The notes under the pieces: generated by a model
Told to the model about the DNA's origin: nothing
The model's database searches: none
Seen by the model: the letters and a program-made list of their open reading frames with translations, nothing else
Translations under genes and position numbers: made by a program
Shown: positions 15,434-24,343 of the stretch, one piece after another
How the letters are laid out: each line of letters begins with the position of its first letter
How positions within the stretch are numbered: position 1 is the first letter of the stretch
Assembly: GCA_043808785.1 (NCBI GenBank)
Contig: JAZDEL010000009.1
Location: 120,001 to 152,000, forward strand
Source of the DNA: Candidatus Iainarchaeum sp.
GTDB taxonomy: Archaea; Iainarchaeota; Iainarchaeia; Iainarchaeales; JAZDEL01
Length of the DNA stretch: 32,000 nt
Direction of reading: 5' to 3'

Positions 15434-16663
15434 TCACTTGTAAAAAACAAACTTCTTGCAGAGTTCCTGCACCTCTTTCCCTGTGCTTTCAATCAGGTGC
15501 GCATCATCCGGCCTTTCGATTATCGCGGAAATCCAGCGCGCAATCTGTTTCATCTCCCCCTCCTTCATGCCGCGCGTTGTGGCAAGCGGCGTGCCGAGGC
15601 GGATGCCCGATGGATTCATAGGCGTGCCCTTGTCGAAGGGGATTGCGTTCATGTTCACGGTTATGCCCGCCCTGTCGAGCTGCGAAACGATTTCCTTGGC
15701 GGGAGCCTTCCTGCCTGAGACATCAATCAAAATGAGGTGGTTGTCCGTGCCCCCGCTGACAACGCGCACGCCCTGCTTCGCAAACTCATCCGCCATCGCC
15801 TGCGCATTCTTCACAACCTGCTTCGCATAATTTTTGAATTCCGGTTTCGCGGCTTCCCCGAGCGCAACCGCTATTGCCGCTGTCGTATTATCGTGCGGCC
15901 CGCCCTGCATGCCCGGAAAAACCGCGCGGTCTATCTTTTCCGCGAGCGCGCTTTTGCACATTATTATTGCCCCTCTCGGGCCGCGCAGGGTTTTGTGCGT
16001 TGTTGTCGTAACCACATCCATGTGCGGGAAAGGGGAGGGGTGAATGCCTGCTGCAACAAGGCCTGCAATGTGCGCGATGTCCGCCATAGAGTAGGCCCCG
16101 ATGCCCTGCGCAATCTCGGAAAAGCGCTTAAAATCGATTATGCGCGGGTAAGCGGTGTAGCCGCATACTATGAGTTTGGGGCTTTCTTTTTTTGCCAGTT
16201 GCTCGACGGCATCATAATCAATCATTTCAGTTTCCTTATCCACCATGTAGTGGGCCCAATTGTACGCCTTGCCGGTAATTGAAACCTTGTGACCATGCGT
16301 AAGGTGCCCGCCGTGCGCAAGCGCCATACCCATTGCCTTGTCGCCGAATTCGAGGAGCGCGACATAAACCGCTAAGTTCGCGGGCGAACCCGAAAGAGGC
16401 TGGACATTGGCATGTTCCGCATTGAAAAGTTTCTTTGCGCGCGAAATCGCAAGTGTTTCTATTTCATCTATGATTTCATTTCCCGCGTAATAGCGCTTTC
16501 CCGCGTAGCCCTCGGAATATTTGTTCGTGAGTATCGAACCCGTGGCCTCAAGAACCGCGGGCGATGCCAGGTTCTCCGAGGCAATCAGCTCTATGCCCTG
16601 CTCCTGCCTATTCTTTTCGGCCTCAATCAGTTTGAATACCGCGGGGTCGCTTTTTTCGAGCAT
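15434..16663 (-). CDS. glyA: Serine hydroxymethyltransferase
   Basis: ELIASENLASPAV, YSEGYAGKRYYAG and TTTTHKTLRGPRG (PLP Lys). ATG 16663 is preceded by GAGGTG. The track start at 16672 is GTG. Confidence 0.95.
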   Translation of the reverse strand: MLEKSDPAVFKLIEAEKNRQEQGIELIASENLASPAVLEATGSILTNKYSEGYAGKRYYAGNEIIDEIETLAISRAKKLFNAEHANVQPLSGSPANLAVYVALLEFGDKAMGMALAHGGHLTHGHKVSITGKAYNWAHYMVDKETEMIDYDAVEQLAKKESPKLIVCGYTAYPRIIDFKRFSEIAQGIGAYSMADIAHIAGLVAAGIHPSPFPHMDVVTTTTHKTLRGPRGAIIMCKSALAEKIDRAVFPGMQGGPHDNTTAAIAVALGEAAKPEFKNYAKQVVKNAQAMADEFAKQGVRVVSGGTDNHLILIDVSGRKAPAKEIVSQLDRAGITVNMNAIPFDKGTPMNPSGIRLGTPLATTRGMKEGEMKQIARWISAIIERPDDAHLIESTGKEVQELCKKFVFYK

Positions 16664-16735
16664 CTGGTGCACCTCACAATGCGCAGGGGGGAATATTATT
16701 GGAGCGGAACTGTATAAAAGATTAGCGGGTTTATT

Positions 16736-17023
16736 TCAGAAGCCCGATTCCCCGTGCGGCGTGCGGGCATTCCTAGCTTCCCAATTCTGTAGCGAGTGCA
16801 TCCTGCGCGCAGTGCGCTCAATCCTGAAATTGAGGGCCAGTAATCGGAGTATTGCCAGCCTTTTCTCGAGGAAATGCGTTTCATTTATCTTGCACTCCAG
16901 CCTTTTTTTTTCAATTACCATTCCGGAAATTTTTTGCGCGAGTTCATTAACCCCGCCGGATTTTTGGTTGTGGTGTGCGGGAAGGTTCCCGCGCCATGCC
17001 TTGCCGGAACGTTTAGTAGCCAT
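16736..17023 (-). CDS. Hypothetical small basic coiled-coil protein between purA and glyA
   Basis: A 95-aa ORF starting 24 nt after the purA stop. No recognisable family and no clear SD. Confidence 0.4.
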   Translation of the reverse strand: MATKRSGKAWRGNLPAHHNQKSGGVNELAQKISGMVIEKKRLECKINETHFLEKRLAILRLLALNFRIERTARRMHSLQNWEARNARTPHGESGF

Positions 17024-17047
17024 TTTTAAGCCACGCTCTATTCAATA

Positions 17048-18451
17048 TCAATTGCTGCCGATGGTTTCCGCCCTGTCCGCGCCTATTGAAACGAGTTTAA
17101 CCGGCACGCCGGCCTCGCCTGAGATAAATTTAAGGTATTCCCGCGCGCCTTTGGGCAGGTCCGCAATGCGCCTGTATTTCCCGCCCTTCTCGAGCGTAAA
17201 ACCGGAAAATTCCCTGTAAACCGGCTTTGCCTTTTCCGCATCAGCGGCGCTGAAGGGGAAGTACTTTTCCGTTTTCCCCACGAGTTCATATGCAACCGCA
17301 ACCTTCAAGGGCCTAATTCCGCTGAGCACGTCCAGTTTGGTTATCGCAAGTTCTGTAAAGCCGTTCAGCCTCTGCGATGTGCGGAGCATGCATAAATCGA
17401 ACCAGCCGACCCTGCGCGGGCGGCCCGTAGTAGTGCCAAACTCTGCACCCTTACTCCGAAGTTCCTCTGCCCCCCTACCCTGCATCTCCGCGGGGAACGG
17501 GCCATTGCCAACGCGCGTGCTGTAAGCCTTCACAACCCCGACAATGCGGTTCAGTTTTGCGGCGGGAATCCCGACGCCGACGGCGGCTGCGCCGCTTATC
17601 GGGTGTGATGAAGTCACGTAAGGGTATGTGCCGAAATCTATGTCGAGGAAAGTGCCCTGCGCCCCTTCGAAAAGGACCTTTTTCCCTTTCGCAAGCGCAT
17701 CGGAAACAAGCGCCGAAACATCGCCCGCATATTTCGCAAGCGCCATGCCGTAGGCGGAGTATTCGGCGAAAACCGAATCCGCATCAAAATCAACCGCACA
17801 GTTGTGGACCATTTCAAGGTTCTTCTTTTTCAGGGGCAGGATTTCGTTTATTTTTTCGCGAAGAAGTTTTTCGTCAATAAGGTCTTCGAAGCGTACGCCG
17901 AGCCGCGATGCCTTGTCGGAATAGCACGGGCCTATGCCGCGCTTGGTTGTGCCGATTTTTCCGGGGCAAGAGTTGCTGCCTGAGCCGCAGGCAACGCTGC
18001 CGCCGAACCCGCCCGCATTATTGGCGCCGCCAGCGCCGGAACCGCCGCCGAACCCGCCAACGCCGACGTTGTTTTTGTTGTTTCCGCCATTGCCCTCCTC
18101 CGCGGAGTCAAGCAGCTTATGCCACGGCATTATTATGTGTATGCGCGGGTCTATAACCAGATCAAGGCATTTCCTGTCGCCGAATTTTTCAATCTCCTCC
18201 ACAAGCACAGCGGGGTCAAGCACCATTCCTGCAGCCATCATGGATTTCTTTCCGTAAACAACCCCGCTCGGCAAGTGGTGCAGGCTTATCTTTTCCCCCT
18301 TCACGACAACAGTGTGCCCCGCGTTGTTCCCGCCCTGATACCTCACAACAATATCCGTATCGCGTGCGAGAAAATCAGTAACTTTCCCCTTGCCCTCGTC
18401 GCCCCACTGCGCGCCGATTACAACCGTGCCGGACAAATGCTCACCAACCAT
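17048..18451 (-). CDS. purA: Adenylosuccinate synthetase with ~45-aa G/N-rich insertion
   Basis: GAQWGDEGKGK, QGGNNAGHT, KIGTTKRGIGPCYSDK and GTTTGRPRRVGW. ATG 18451 lies just downstream of TATA TTTATATA (18467-18474, - strand). The longer track ORF upstream is non-homologous. Confidence 0.93.
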   Translation of the reverse strand: MVGEHLSGTVVIGAQWGDEGKGKVTDFLARDTDIVVRYQGGNNAGHTVVVKGEKISLHHLPSGVVYGKKSMMAAGMVLDPAVLVEEIEKFGDRKCLDLVIDPRIHIIMPWHKLLDSAEEGNGGNNKNNVGVGGFGGGSGAGGANNAGGFGGSVACGSGSNSCPGKIGTTKRGIGPCYSDKASRLGVRFEDLIDEKLLREKINEILPLKKKNLEMVHNCAVDFDADSVFAEYSAYGMALAKYAGDVSALVSDALAKGKKVLFEGAQGTFLDIDFGTYPYVTSSHPISGAAAVGVGIPAAKLNRIVGVVKAYSTRVGNGPFPAEMQGRGAEELRSKGAEFGTTTGRPRRVGWFDLCMLRTSQRLNGFTELAITKLDVLSGIRPLKVAVAYELVGKTEKYFPFSAADAEKAKPVYREFSGFTLEKGGKYRRIADLPKGAREYLKFISGEAGVPVKLVSIGADRAETIGSN

Positions 18452-18466
18452 AACTGCGCCCAAATG

Positions 18467-18474
18467 TATATAAA
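18467..18474 (-). promoter_or_regulatory. TATA box (TTTATATA on - strand) for purA
   Basis: Centred about 20 nt upstream of ATG 18451, consistent with a leaderless layout. Confidence 0.5.
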
Positions 18475-18529
18475 TCCTTTTTGCGCAGCCGCGGTTAAGG
18501 GGCTGAAAATAGCCGCCATCGGGGGTCGG

Positions 18530-18538
18530 ATTTTTATT
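18530..18538 (+). promoter_or_regulatory. TATA-like ATTTTTATT for the methyltransferase gene
   Basis: Centred about 27 nt upstream of ATG 18561. Confidence 0.45.
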
Positions 18539-18560
18539 GCCTGCGCAGCAAAGAACGGTT

Positions 18561-19412
18561 ATGGCCGAGGCAAACTGCCCCTGCTGCGGCAAGGGGGGCG
18601 CGGCACACTGGTGCGATTCGGGGGGCTTTAAAATAATGAGGTGCGGCTGCGGGGTTTCTTACCCTGTCGCAGTTCCGCCGAACACCGCGCCAAGCGATGC
18701 GGAAATAAATGAAATATACAACAAAAACGAGGCTTCGGGCGTGCAGGATTACCTCGAGATAGAGGGGGACAACAAAAAGGATTTCGAAAGCAGGCTGGAT
18801 TTCATAATCAGTTATATAGGAGGCGCTGGCACACTCCTGGACATCGGGTGCAATATAGGCAGCCTCCTCGATGTTGCGCAAAGGCGCGGCTGGCGCGTGG
18901 AGGGCGTGGACATCAACAAAACCGCCGTTAAAATAGCGAAGGAACGCGGGTTAAAGTGCCGCAGCGGCGATTTTTCGAAAATCGGCAAAAAATTCGACCT
19001 GATTGTGATGAACGACGTTTTAGAGCACCTGCCGAACCCGAACCGAGGATTAAGGTGCGCATCAAAACTGCTGAAAAGCGGCGGGCACATATACATATCC
19101 ACGCCCGACTCGGGAAGCGCAGTAGCAAGGCTTGCAAGGGGGAGATGGATCCACATGAAGCCGAGGGAGCATCTCTGCATTTTCACGAAAGGCGCAATCC
19201 TGCGCCTTCTCGAGGAGGAGGGATTTGAAATCCTGCGCCTTAGCGCGGTCGGCAGGACAAGAAGCGCGGGGCTGGTGATTAGAAAAATGAAATCCTGCGC
19301 CGGAATTTTCGGGGCGCTTGAGCTGCTTCCCCGCTTTGCGAAGGGCATGAAACTGCACATAAACCTTTCCGACGAGATGCAGCTAATCGCGAGGAAAAAG
19401 AAGCGTGCGTAA
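18561..19412 (+). CDS. Class I SAM-dependent methyltransferase with N-terminal Cys4 zinc-ribbon
   Basis: CPCCG...x14...CGCG is followed by SAM motif I LLDIGCNIGS, then VEGVDIN and DLIVMNDVLEHLPNP. Confidence 0.8.
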   Translation: MAEANCPCCGKGGAAHWCDSGGFKIMRCGCGVSYPVAVPPNTAPSDAEINEIYNKNEASGVQDYLEIEGDNKKDFESRLDFIISYIGGAGTLLDIGCNIGSLLDVAQRRGWRVEGVDINKTAVKIAKERGLKCRSGDFSKIGKKFDLIVMNDVLEHLPNPNRGLRCASKLLKSGGHIYISTPDSGSAVARLARGRWIHMKPREHLCIFTKGAILRLLEEEGFEILRLSAVGRTRSAGLVIRKMKSCAGIFGALELLPRFAKGMKLHINLSDEMQLIARKKKRA

Positions 19413-19432
19413 TGCGCAAATAAGTTTAAGCC

Positions 19433-20965
19433 CTATTTTTTCAGGGACTGGATTGCATCCCCGACAGGCATCAGGCTATTCCCCCCTCGGATATCCATGT
19501 ATTTCAGGTTAGGGTCGGCATAAGGGGAAATAAGCACATAATCCACGCCCTCGCGTTGCCACATCGCAAGAAGCTCCCCTGCCGAGCCTGCGGGATGATA
19601 TGCCGAGAGCCTGCCTGTCATAAGAAAAAGCTTCTCCGGCTGCGAAACCCAGATTACCGCGCCTTCGGGGGTTCTTTCAACGACTTCATTTGCAAGCCGC
19701 TCGAATGCGGTGTAATTGTAGTCGGAACACCTGTTGCGCATAAGCCACGGCATATTTATGGAAACTATTGAGCCGCAGACAAGCATCAGCACAAGGATTG
19801 CGGGTAATGCCCGCCTCGGCATCCACACGCCCTGCAGGCGCCTCAGGCCGAGCGCGAAGAAAAGCAGGAGGAAGGGCACTGCAGGAAACATGTGCCTGTT
19901 TGCGGTTGCGGCACTGTATGCGGGGTTGAATATCAGCGTGATGAAATAAATAATTGCGAGAAACGCAAGGAACCTTTTCCTTTGTTCGGTTCTTGCGCAG
20001 AAAAGCCCGAAGAGGAAAATAAAAAGCGCGAAAGGGAATATTGCAAACTCCACCGCCTGCCGCAGGTTGGCTAACGGGTAAGGGATGAGCATGCCTGCAA
20101 GGCCCGACGGGAAAAAAATTGCTCCGGGTATTGCGGATGCGGCGTAGTTGCCCGCATTCGTGAGCGCCATTTCCGCAAGCCCTGCAGTGCCTTTTTGCGA
20201 CAGCAATTCTTTGTACGGGTCCGCATATGTGGGGAGCGAACTTTGCGGCGGCGTTGCGGCCAGATACACAAGCCACGGCAGGGTAAGCAGCAGCATTGCC
20301 GCAAAGAGCGGCAAACCCTGCTTCAGTTTCCTCTCCGCAAGGAAATAAACAAGCACCGCGGGCAGGAAAATAAGCCCGATTACCCGCGTGTATGCCGCGA
20401 GCGAAAGGAAAAGCGCGGCAAGCAGCATCTCCGTTCTCCCGCCGCGTTCAGCATAGTTCAGGGCGTAATATATCCCGATAAGCGAAACGAGCAGGAAGGG
20501 TGGCTCGCTTAATTGTATTGCGGAATACCACATTATCGTGGGGCTGAATGCAAGGAGCGCAGTGAGAAGCAGCGAAATTCCGCGGCTGAAAAACTTCCTG
20601 AATATGAATGCCGCGGGGATGATTGAAAACGCGGTCAGCAGAACCGCCGCCCACGCCGTGGCGCGCATGTCCACGCCGAACAGCAGGATTGGCAGGGCAT
20701 AAACAACAGGTGCAAGAGGGGGGAATGTTGTCGCCGCCTCGGGGTGCGGCATGTTTGCGCAGACATATCCCTGCCCGCGCGCTATTCCTGCAGCGGACGT
20801 GAGGTAGAACGGCGTGTCCATGGGGTAGAAGCAGCCGCTTATTCCCGAAGAATAAAGCGCAAGTGCGGAAATTGCGAGCAATGCCAAGGCAATCCTGAAA
20901 ACGCGTTCGCTGCCGAAGCGCTTGACGGCGTTTTTGATGCCCGAAACCTGCCCGAAACCCAGCAT
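19433..20965 (-). CDS. GT-C fold membrane glycosyltransferase (ArnT/PMT_2-like)
   Basis: More than 10 hydrophobic segments, an N-terminal loop YPMDTPFYL, PMT_2-like spacing and a soluble C-terminal domain. Start set at ATG 20965, because the longest-ORF start at 21034 would leave no promoter space and would contain TATA-like boxes. Confidence 0.65.
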   Translation of the reverse strand: MLGFGQVSGIKNAVKRFGSERVFRIALALLAISALALYSSGISGCFYPMDTPFYLTSAAGIARGQGYVCANMPHPEAATTFPPLAPVVYALPILLFGVDMRATAWAAVLLTAFSIIPAAFIFRKFFSRGISLLLTALLAFSPTIMWYSAIQLSEPPFLLVSLIGIYYALNYAERGGRTEMLLAALFLSLAAYTRVIGLIFLPAVLVYFLAERKLKQGLPLFAAMLLLTLPWLVYLAATPPQSSLPTYADPYKELLSQKGTAGLAEMALTNAGNYAASAIPGAIFFPSGLAGMLIPYPLANLRQAVEFAIFPFALFIFLFGLFCARTEQRKRFLAFLAIIYFITLIFNPAYSAATANRHMFPAVPFLLLFFALGLRRLQGVWMPRRALPAILVLMLVCGSIVSINMPWLMRNRCSDYNYTAFERLANEVVERTPEGAVIWVSQPEKLFLMTGRLSAYHPAGSAGELLAMWQREGVDYVLISPYADPNLKYMDIRGGNSLMPVGDAIQSLKK

Positions 20966-21034
20966 GCCCCCACGCCCTGCTAATAAATGCCGACCACGTT
21001 TAAATAGTTTGCCTCTGCAGGGGCGCGTTCGCAT

Positions 21035-21046
21035 AAGTTTTTAACA
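21035..21046 (+). promoter_or_regulatory. TATA-like AAGTTTTTAACA for purE-purC
   Basis: Centred about 27 nt upstream of ATG 21067, with no SD. Confidence 0.45.
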
Positions 21047-21066
21047 ACAGAAGCGCCAATAATTTC

Positions 21067-21900
21067 ATGCCATCCTGCGATGTTCTTGCTATTTTTGGCA
21101 GCGGTTCGGACCGTGCAATTTTCGGCCCGCTTATGCGCGGCCTTGCGGGGAAAAAGGTTAATGCGGAACTGAGGATATGCTCCGCGCACAAAACCCCTGA
21201 AGAGTTGCGCGAACTAATCGCAAAAACCTGCGCAAGGGTTATTGTTGCCGGCGCGGGGTTAAGCGCAGCCTTGCCTGGTGCATGTGCGGCACACGCCCCA
21301 ACAAAACCCGTCATCGGGGTTCCCGTGCAGGGAGCATATGCAGGGTTGGATGCGCTGCTAACCGTTCACCAAATGCCGCCAGGAATCCCCGTACTCGGCA
21401 CGGGCGTTGGAGCTTGGACAACCGCCGCGGAGGAAGTGCCGAAGATGTTCCGCCCCTACTCGGGAATTGTAATTGTGAACCGCAGGAAGGGAAATGCCGC
21501 ATATGATGCCGCGATTTCAAAGGCGGAGCGCGTATTTGCCGAACTCGGAATAAAGTGCGAAACCCTAAACGCGCCGCAGTTCAAGAACGCGGATAAAATT
21601 TACATAGATTTCCTTGCGCTCAACGAGCTCGAACTCGTGCAAAAGGGCGATTGCCTTGTACTCCACGTCCCTGTTGCAAAGCAGGGCGCCGAGAAGGCGG
21701 AGGATGCGCTGAAACTCCTCAAGGGCACGCGAAAAGGGCTATTCCTCAGGCTGAACGCGGGTGACAATGCGGCGCTCGCCGCAGTGCAGGTTATGAACAT
21801 TGCAGGCGGGGCTTACGAAAGCAAACTGCAAGAATACCGCAGGGCGGTCGCGAAAAAGGTAAATGATGCGGACGGGAAAGAAAAAAGAATTTTTGCATGA
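21067..21900 (+). CDS. purE: PurE (AIR carboxylase / N5-CAIR mutase family) with ~115-aa internal degenerate PurE-like repeat
   Basis: IFGSGSD, CSAHKTPEEL, VIVAGAGLSAALPG and IGVPVQ...LLTVHQMPPGIPV. After the insert comes the C-terminal helix GDNAALAAVQVM...LQEYRRAV. The protein is 277 aa versus about 160 aa for canonical PurE. Confidence 0.85.
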   Translation: MPSCDVLAIFGSGSDRAIFGPLMRGLAGKKVNAELRICSAHKTPEELRELIAKTCARVIVAGAGLSAALPGACAAHAPTKPVIGVPVQGAYAGLDALLTVHQMPPGIPVLGTGVGAWTTAAEEVPKMFRPYSGIVIVNRRKGNAAYDAAISKAERVFAELGIKCETLNAPQFKNADKIYIDFLALNELELVQKGDCLVLHVPVAKQGAEKAEDALKLLKGTRKGLFLRLNAGDNAALAAVQVMNIAGGAYESKLQEYRRAVAKKVNDADGKEKRIFA

Positions 21901-22875
21901 ATGAGTGTGTCCCTCATGGGCTCGGTAAAAGACTTAACCATAAAAAAGAAACCAACCGCCGCAGCGGCGGGTTTGGGCGTGTTTAAGTTCAGCGACGATT
22001 ACTCTGTTTTCGATTACGGGAAAATGCCGGACACAATCCCGGGCAAGGGGGAAGCGCTGTGCAGGATGGCTGCTTATAATTTCCGCGAGCTTGCCAAGCT
22101 CGGCGTGAAATCGCACTTCCGCTCGCTGCCGAAACCGAACGAGATGGAGGTTGACCTCGTGCGTGTTTTGTATCCGCAGAGGAACGAGATTAAGGAAGGC
22201 GACACAAACTACCTTGTGCCCCTCGAGGTTATTTTCCGCAACTCTCTCCCGGCGGGAAGCTCGGTGTTCAAGCGCCTGCAGAGGGGGGAACTGAAACTCG
22301 CGGACCTGGGCCTGGGCAAGGTGCCGGAACCAAACGAGCACTTGCCCAAGCCGATTGTTGATGTCAGCACGAAACTCGAACAGGGGGACAGGTATCTTTC
22401 ATGGGAGGAGGCGAGGGAGATGGCAAAATTGAGCGCAGGCGAACTGGCGGAACTGAAACGCAAGACATTGCAGATTAACGATTACCTAAACAAAAAAGCG
22501 CACGCGGTCGGTTTGGAGCACGCCGACGGAAAAGTGGAATTCGCCCTTAACCCGAAGCGCGAGCTGATTTTGGTTGATGTTTGCGGAACTCCAGATGAAA
22601 ATCGCTTCCTTTTCAAAGGCGTGAACCTGAGCAAGCAGGTTTTGAGGGATTATTATGCGAGGGAGCACGCCGGCTGGGTCACGGAGCTGGAGAAGGCGAA
22701 AAAAGAAAAAAAACCCAAAGCCGATTATCCGGTTCCGCCGCATTTGCCTGCAGAGTTGGTTAAAATCGCAAGCGTGATTTACAAATCAGTTGCCTCGGCA
22801 TGGATAGGGGAAAAAATAAATGGCGCGAAAAGGATTGAGGATGCTGTGGCGGATTACCCCGCATTTGAAGGCTAA
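21901..22875 (+). CDS. purC: SAICAR synthetase
   Basis: FKFSDDYSVFDYGKMPDTIPGKGEAL, LVPLEVIFRN and ADGKVEF. The ATG immediately follows the purE TGA. Confidence 0.9.
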   Translation: MSVSLMGSVKDLTIKKKPTAAAAGLGVFKFSDDYSVFDYGKMPDTIPGKGEALCRMAAYNFRELAKLGVKSHFRSLPKPNEMEVDLVRVLYPQRNEIKEGDTNYLVPLEVIFRNSLPAGSSVFKRLQRGELKLADLGLGKVPEPNEHLPKPIVDVSTKLEQGDRYLSWEEAREMAKLSAGELAELKRKTLQINDYLNKKAHAVGLEHADGKVEFALNPKRELILVDVCGTPDENRFLFKGVNLSKQVLRDYYAREHAGWVTELEKAKKEKKPKADYPVPPHLPAELVKIASVIYKSVASAWIGEKINGAKRIEDAVADYPAFEG

Positions 22876-22892
22876 AAACAGGCACAATTACA

Positions 22893-22902
22893 ATTAAATA
22901 CT
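22893..22902 (+). promoter_or_regulatory. TATA-like AATTAAATAC upstream of purB
   Basis: Centred about 25 nt upstream of ATG 22922. Confidence 0.4.
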
Positions 22903-22921
22903 TCAAATAACCAAGGTATTT

Positions 22922-24343
22922 ATGGTGAGCACGATGGCAAAGGACAAAAAGCGCAACATCTTCTCGAATATTTCCCCGCTTGATTACAGGTATGCCCCCG
23001 AGGGCGCGCTTGGAAAAAAGATCGGGGAATTCCTCAGCGAGGAGGCGAGGATAAGGTATCAGGCGAGGGTGGAGGCGGCATTTGTAAAGGTTCTCGCAAA
23101 AAACAAAATATGCCCTCCCAAGGTTGCGCGCATGGTTGAAAACGCGGCAAAAAAGGTGCGGGCGGGGGAGGTTTATGAAGAGGAGCGCAGGGTAACAAAG
23201 CATGACATCCGCGCTTTGGTGAACGTGCTCAAGCGCAAGTGCCCCAAGGAGGCGCACCCATACATCCATTTCGGCGCCACGAGTTACGATATTGTCGACA
23301 CCGCGAACGCACTGAGGTACAAGCACGCTGCGGAGAAACTGCTGCTGCCGGAATTGGTTGCACTTGAAAATACGCTTATCAAGCTCGCACTAAAAAACAA
23401 AAACACCGTCCAAATCGGCAGGACGCACGGGCAGTTTGCCGAGCCCATCACTTTCGGCTTCGCCCTTGCGGGGCATGTGGACAGGTTAGGCTACAGGATT
23501 AAGGGCCTGCACTGGTGCAAAGGACAATTGAAGGGAAAATGCTCGGGCGCGGTGGGGGCGTATAACGCGCTTTCGCTCATAACAAAAAATCCGGTAAAAT
23601 TCGAGGCGCAGATGATGGCCGAATTGGGCCTTGCGCAGGGCATGCACTCGACGCAGATTGTCGCACCCGAACCGACCGAGGACTATATGCACCTCGTTGT
23701 TTCCGCCTTCACAGTGCTCGCAAATTTGGCGGATGATATGCGCAATTTGCAGCGCTCGGAGATTGCGGAGGTTGCGGAAGCATTCGGCAGCGCGCAGGTG
23801 GGGAGCAGCACAATGCCGCACAAAAGGAACCCGATTTCTTTCGAGAATGTCAAAAGCCTCTGGAAGGAATTCATGCCGCGCATGCAGACGGTTTATATGG
23901 ATTCGATTTCCGAGCACCAGAGGGATTTGACGAACAGCGCGAGCGCGCGCTTCCTGCCCGAGATGATTGCAGGGCTTGCTATAGCGGCAAACCGCATGAA
24001 TAAGGCAATGGAGAAGCTTGATGTGGATAGGGAAAGCATGGCGCTGAACCTCGGCACTGCTGCAGGCACAATCACTGCCGAGCCGCTTTACATTCTCCTC
24101 GCAAAGCACGGGCATGCGGATGCGCACGAGCACGTGCGCAGGCTCACGCTGAAAGCGGAGAAAGAGGGCATAACCCTGCTCGAGGCAGCTGTGCTTGACA
24201 AGGAAACCGCGGAAATGCTGCGCGGATTGGGCACGCGGGAAACGGAATTTTTGCTGAACCCTTCGGCATATGCGGGAAAAAGCGCGGAAAGGGCGGAACA
24301 GGTCTGCAAATACTGGAAAAAGGAACTTGCGGACTTGCGGTGA
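22922..24343 (+). CDS. purB: Adenylosuccinate lyase
   Basis: Fumarate-lyase signature GSSTMPHKRNPISFENV, with an ASL-type N-terminus SPLDYRY. Confidence 0.95.
   Translation: MVSTMAKDKKRNIFSNISPLDYRYAPEGALGKKIGEFLSEEARIRYQARVEAAFVKVLAKNKICPPKVARMVENAAKKVRAGEVYEEERRVTKHDIRALVNVLKRKCPKEAHPYIHFGATSYDIVDTANALRYKHAAEKLLLPELVALENTLIKLALKNKNTVQIGRTHGQFAEPITFGFALAGHVDRLGYRIKGLHWCKGQLKGKCSGAVGAYNALSLITKNPVKFEAQMMAELGLAQGMHSTQIVAPEPTEDYMHLVVSAFTVLANLADDMRNLQRSEIAEVAEAFGSAQVGSSTMPHKRNPISFENVKSLWKEFMPRMQTVYMDSISEHQRDLTNSASARFLPEMIAGLAIAANRMNKAMEKLDVDRESMALNLGTAAGTITAEPLYILLAKHGHADAHEHVRRLTLKAEKEGITLLEAAVLDKETAEMLRGLGTRETEFLLNPSAYAGKSAERAEQVCKYWKKELADLR

Noticed and set aside
15398-15440. Repeated CAAGTGATG (minus strand) at the glyA stop and 30 nt downstream, just before the folD GTG start.
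   Set aside because: It is a short 9-nt motif with two copies, and one copy is constrained by coding sequence. No structure or known signal could be assigned, so it is probably incidental.
16673-17047. Looked for a ZTP (pfl) or THF riboswitch upstream of glyA/folD/purN, and also upstream of purH and purE.
   Set aside because: I could not find the conserved ZTP elements (GGGUCGUGAC..., CCGCCUGGGCA) or any comparable conserved core on the relevant strand. The space is better explained by a small ORF plus a TATA-type promoter.
20966-21034. Longer start (ATG 21034) for the GT-C glycosyltransferase, adding MRTRPCRGKLFKRGRHLLAGRGG.
   Set aside because: It would start only 33 nt from the divergent purE ATG, leaving no promoter room, and the extension contains the TATA-like TTTAAATAG/ATTTATTAG boxes. 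ATG 20965 is preferred, though not proven.
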